Translations under genes and position numbers: made by a program | In this document: positions 60,773 to 64,000 of the stretch, in pieces | How positions within the stretch are numbered: the first letter of the stretch is position 1 | How the letters are laid out: each line of letters begins with the position of its first letter | Virus record (IMG/VR): IMGVR_UViG_3300014205_000173 | Source of the DNA: a virus | Taxonomy: Duplodnaviria; Caudoviricetes | DNA: 64,000 nt | Reading direction: 5' to 3' (one strand) | Notes under the pieces: generated by a model | What the model was told of the DNA's origin: nothing | The model's input: the letters and a program-made list of their open reading frames with translations, nothing else | Databases searched by the model: none

Positions 60773-61287
60773 TTTTCAAACCTGTTTTTTGTTTCAATTT
60801 TACCCAAATTTAAAATTTCTATATTGAACTTCTTTGCAATTCTAATTGCCCACCTTGTTCCTCCAACTTCTTGTGCGTTTGTTGTGTAACATATTACAGA
60901 TTTAACAGGCTTTTTTAAATCTTCTCCTAATATTTGATGCATATTCCTTCCTAAAAGAAGCCAATACCAATCATTACTTTCCTTTAAATAATCACCATAT
61001 TCATTAGCTAAATCTTTTACCAAACTAATTGCTTCTTTTGAAGGAGAACAAATATCTGAAGAGCATGATTTTCTTTTCCACTTTTTCCCAAAATCTTTCC
61101 AAGGAAGAAAAATTTTCTTTTTACCACAAACATCATCACAACCATTTTCAAAAGTAAAATCGCAACCAATTGCTCCGCCACTAAAAAGTGTCCAATCTTC
61201 TAAAGCTAACTTTCTAGATATTTTAAATATTAGTTCCTGAATTTCTTTAGGAACTTCTCTAGATCCAATTCCAGCATATGATTTCAT
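60748..61287 (-). CDS. SLOG/DprA-like nucleotide-binding protein
   Basis: YAGIGSR, SGGA.G.D, RN..QILG, GGT..A. Confidence 0.8.
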   Translation of the reverse strand: MKSYAGIGSREVPKEIQELIFKISRKLALEDWTLFSGGAIGCDFTFENGCDDVCGKKKIFLPWKDFGKKWKRKSCSSDICSPSKEAISLVKDLANEYGDYLKESNDWYWLLLGRNMHQILGEDLKKPVKSVICYTTNAQEVGGTRWAIRIAKKFNIEILNLGKIETKNRFEKWLNIQKS

Positions 61288-61293
61288 ATTAAG

Positions 61294-62106
61294 CTACCAA
61301 TCAACTTCAAATAAAATAAACTCTCCATCACAAGCTTTACTGCATTCTAAATAGTAAATTTCTCTAATTTTTGCAAAAATTGGATCTTCGTCTTTTACAT
61401 ATATACTCATGTAATTTTTACCACCACGTTTTAATTCTACAAAATCTTCATTCAACAAATAATGCCAATGATCAATATATGGAATTACTGGAATTGTATG
61501 TCTCCAACGTCCACAAGAACCTATATAATGACTAAATATAAAGAAAATTCTTGCTACATCATTTTCTTCTAAAGGAGGAGTATTGTAGCCTATTTTATAT
61601 TCTTCTTTAGTAAATCCTAATTCCAATATGTTTTTCTTCACAATATCTGTTTCTAAATTCCCATATATTCCCCTGAAATTAAAACCATATGTTTTTTCAA
61701 GAACATGAGTTGCCTTATTAAAATCATAAAGATAGTTAGTTATTCCATTCCTTTTTACTTTTATTAAACAGTCCTTTAAATTTGCTCTTTTCTTACTTAA
61801 ATCAAATCCTAAAATTTTTTCATTAATTTTATCAACTTCGTCTAAACATTCTTTAATTATTTTTCGCCCAACAAAAGAAATGTTATATTTTTCATTTTCA
61901 AAAATATCATACATATAAAAACATTCATCTTTTTCGAATGTAGAAATAGTACTTAAAATAGATGCCCCAAGAATAGGATCTTTTTCTATTAAAGAAGCTG
62001 TTCTCTCACAAATTTCAAAATTATTTTTTTCTTTAAAATTTTTAATGAATTTTATTGAGTCTTTTTCAATATCATTCACTGTTCTTTTTATTATATTTTT
62101 TTTCAT
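61294..62106 (-). CDS. hypothetical protein
   Basis: 270-aa ORF. Confidence 0.7.
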   Translation of the reverse strand: MKKNIIKRTVNDIEKDSIKFIKNFKEKNNFEICERTASLIEKDPILGASILSTISTFEKDECFYMYDIFENEKYNISFVGRKIIKECLDEVDKINEKILGFDLSKKRANLKDCLIKVKRNGITNYLYDFNKATHVLEKTYGFNFRGIYGNLETDIVKKNILELGFTKEEYKIGYNTPPLEENDVARIFFIFSHYIGSCGRWRHTIPVIPYIDHWHYLLNEDFVELKRGGKNYMSIYVKDEDPIFAKIREIYYLECSKACDGEFILFEVDW

Positions 62107-62131
62107 AATGTCTCTTTATGATATTATTTGT

Positions 62132-62671
62132 TTAAAAAATTTCCTTAAGCCTAACTTCTTTTTCATTTAGTTCTTTTCTTAATTCCATTAATAGTTTTCC
62201 TAAATTATTTTCTCCAACACCCTTACAAACTCCCCAGAAGGTATCTCCCCAGTAATTACCTTCAATTAGTGTTGAATCTCCAGTTTCTATTAGCTTTTGA
62301 GACATTTTATTTCCAAAACAAAATTTCATTCTCAATGCTTTTTTCATAACTTCAATTTTAATAGAATCCCAATCAGACCTTAATGTACATGACTTTCCAA
62401 GATACTTTACTGTCTTTTTATTTTCTTCTGTTTTAGTTAGTGGTGCCAAACGGATCTCTTCTTGTTCTTTTTTGTTTAATGTTTTCATTGCTTGATAATA
62501 GTGTTCTGTTGAATCCCAATGAATTCCATTTTCATCAACAATTTCAAACAAATAAAAATTTGAGAGAAACCGATAAACTCCGTCAAATTTATCAATTACC
62601 TTTTCCATTTTTTTCCTCTTAAAATAAAAGTGAGCTTGAAATACAAGCTCACAATATACAAGGAACCACAC
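62132..62671 (-). CDS. NADAR-family protein (likely start 62608)
   Basis: FLSNFY, EHYYQAMK, R.DW, EGN.WGD.FWG, G.N.LG.LLM..R. Confidence 0.93.
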   Translation of the reverse strand: MWFLVYCELVFQAHFYFKRKKMEKVIDKFDGVYRFLSNFYLFEIVDENGIHWDSTEHYYQAMKTLNKKEQEEIRLAPLTKTEENKKTVKYLGKSCTLRSDWDSIKIEVMKKALRMKFCFGNKMSQKLIETGDSTLIEGNYWGDTFWGVCKGVGENNLGKLLMELRKELNEKEVRLKEIF

Positions 62672-62691
62672 AATGTCAATAAATTGGCCTA
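62651..62691 (-). promoter_or_regulatory. sigma70-like promoter with GGCC box (NADAR)
   Basis: TTGACA-17-TATTGT; GGCC at 62686-62689. Confidence 0.65.
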
Positions 62692-62692
62692 A

Positions 62693-63037
62693 TTATTTTA
62701 ACAGACTAAAAAGCCTTGTTATTAAAGTGCTAAAAACATTAAGGGCTAAATTCATTGTTATCTGCTTAAATGGATCTTCTAGTTTTGAAATTCCAGATAT
62801 AATCGTACTTAAAAGTGCTGAAATAGTATGATTTAAGCTAGTAGAAACTCTTGAAATATCATTTTGATTACCAGAAACCTTTGCAACAATAAGATCTTTT
62901 GAAAGCTTAACAATAAGTTTAAATGAGCTTTCTGCTAAATTCTTATATTCAGAAGGTAGTTGAGACCATAACATTTCAAAAGCTGGTTTTAAATCTTCAA
63001 ACAAACTATCAAGAACATCTTTTATATTTGGTTCCAT
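62693..63037 (-). CDS. hypothetical helical protein
   Basis: ORF with AGGAG RBS. Confidence 0.7.
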   Translation of the reverse strand: MEPNIKDVLDSLFEDLKPAFEMLWSQLPSEYKNLAESSFKLIVKLSKDLIVAKVSGNQNDISRVSTSLNHTISALLSTIISGISKLEDPFKQITMNLALNVFSTLITRLFSLLK

Positions 63038-63039
63038 TA

Positions 63040-63468
63040 TTAATTCTCCTTAATTGTTTGATCAGACCAAGGTGCTACACCAAGTCTTTCTTCAAGATTT
63101 AGTTCCCAAGACTGAACATTTAAATCTCTCGATTCTACATCATTCCCTGTTAGATAGTCATCTGTTTTGTAATAAACAGAATAAGATCCTGTATTCCCAT
63201 CTTGACCAACTAAAACTTCGTATGTTGACCAAGAAGACCCATTTAAAGACCATTCATCAACAACCTTTGTCTTTAAGGTTTTTGTTTCAGAAGTAAGACT
63301 ATCATCATCTGATACATACCTTACGTATTCTGTTCCAATTGTATCTAAATGATACTGATCTGCTGTTGTTAAATTATATGGAAGAGTTCCTGTGTTAGAA
63401 CCAAACCACTTACAGGAAGTTATTCCAAGCAATGTAACTGCAATTAACGCAATTCCTATTTTTCTCAT
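63040..63468 (-). CDS. probable lipoprotein
   Basis: Signal peptide with ITSC lipobox. Confidence 0.7.
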   Translation of the reverse strand: MRKIGIALIAVTLLGITSCKWFGSNTGTLPYNLTTADQYHLDTIGTEYVRYVSDDDSLTSETKTLKTKVVDEWSLNGSSWSTYEVLVGQDGNTGSYSVYYKTDDYLTGNDVESRDLNVQSWELNLEERLGVAPWSDQTIKEN

Positions 63469-63536
63469 TTCTTTCTCCTTAAATTAGTCTACAAGTATAA
63501 GTACGTTTTTGCTGTAGGCCAAAACATAAATCTCTA

Positions 63537-63968
63537 TTATTTATCTAATTCTCCTGCTTCCAATAGAATCTTTTTTGCCTTTTCTATTTCTTTTAATTTT
63601 ATTTTCTTTTCTAGTTCTTTTTTCCTAGCCTTTCTTGTTTCTTCACTTTTAAGAAATTGTTTTCTTTTTTTACAATAAGTATCCTTTCCTTTTTCAAATA
63701 AAACACTTTCAATATCTACCTTTTGAATAATAAATGATTTGCCACTTGCAAAACTACCACTATAATAATCGTCATCTCTTCCGGGAACAAACTCTGAAAT
63801 AAATTCTTCTTCATTTTTATTAACAACAAAAAATTTATTTTCTAATTTTATTTTTTTATTAGTAAAAAAACCTCTTTTATTCAACTCAATAATAAATCTT
63901 TCGTTTTCTAGCAATATATCTAAAGCTTCAGTAAAAATTTCTACAAACATAAAACAATTATTTTTCAT
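63537..63968 (-). CDS. hypothetical protein
   Basis: Lys/Glu-rich tail like 38743..39237. Confidence 0.65.
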   Translation of the reverse strand: MKNNCFMFVEIFTEALDILLENERFIIELNKRGFFTNKKIKLENKFFVVNKNEEEFISEFVPGRDDDYYSGSFASGKSFIIQKVDIESVLFEKGKDTYCKKRKQFLKSEETRKARKKELEKKIKLKEIEKAKKILLEAGELDK

Positions 63969-64000
63969 TATGTTTTTTATATAATCTATAATCCCTCCAG

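Noticed and set aside
1075-63296. Plus-strand ORFs in the supplied track
   Set aside because: Nearly all lie antisense to better-supported minus-strand genes or tRNAs and have the low-complexity F/L/S/I composition of shadow ORFs.
1-64000. CRISPR array
   Set aside because: No repeat-spacer periodicity was seen; repeats are in-frame coding repeats or short duplications.
1-64000. Stop-codon reassignment
   Set aside because: Genes tile densely under code 11, end in TAA, TAG and TGA, and no suppressor tRNA was found.

Overview
Very AT-rich, densely packed 64-kb segment with essentially all credible genes on the minus strand. It looks like the accessory/early region of a large (jumbo-like) bacteriophage; no structural, terminase or polymerase genes are present, so phage identity is inferred. 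It carries 16 recognisable tRNA genes plus TilS, peptide deformylase and YqeY; NAD-dependent DNA ligase, dUTPase, DenV and HNH; a large ADP-ribose/NAD toolkit (WGR-PARP, ARH, two macrodomains, NUDIX, Tpt1-like ART, NADAR, SLOG); 12 paralogs of a MIGYKAT-start gene with ~23-aa repeats; and an IS607-type TnpB element inserted at a GG inside a start codon. The most unusual region is the RNA cluster at 53.9-55.4 kb. It holds a group I intron whose exons form only a 12-bp hairpin with an Asn anticodon loop, next to an intact tRNA-Asn, with a degenerate tRNA-Trp-like cloverleaf inside the intron. The cluster also has a 145-nt tRNA-like RNA with extra arms, a further unassigned structured RNA and a long-variable-arm tRNA-Cys. 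Elsewhere there are a long-arm tRNA-Thr, C33 variants of tRNA-Glu and tRNA-Gln, and a GGCC box upstream of most sigma70-like promoters. All calls were made by eye, without database searches.
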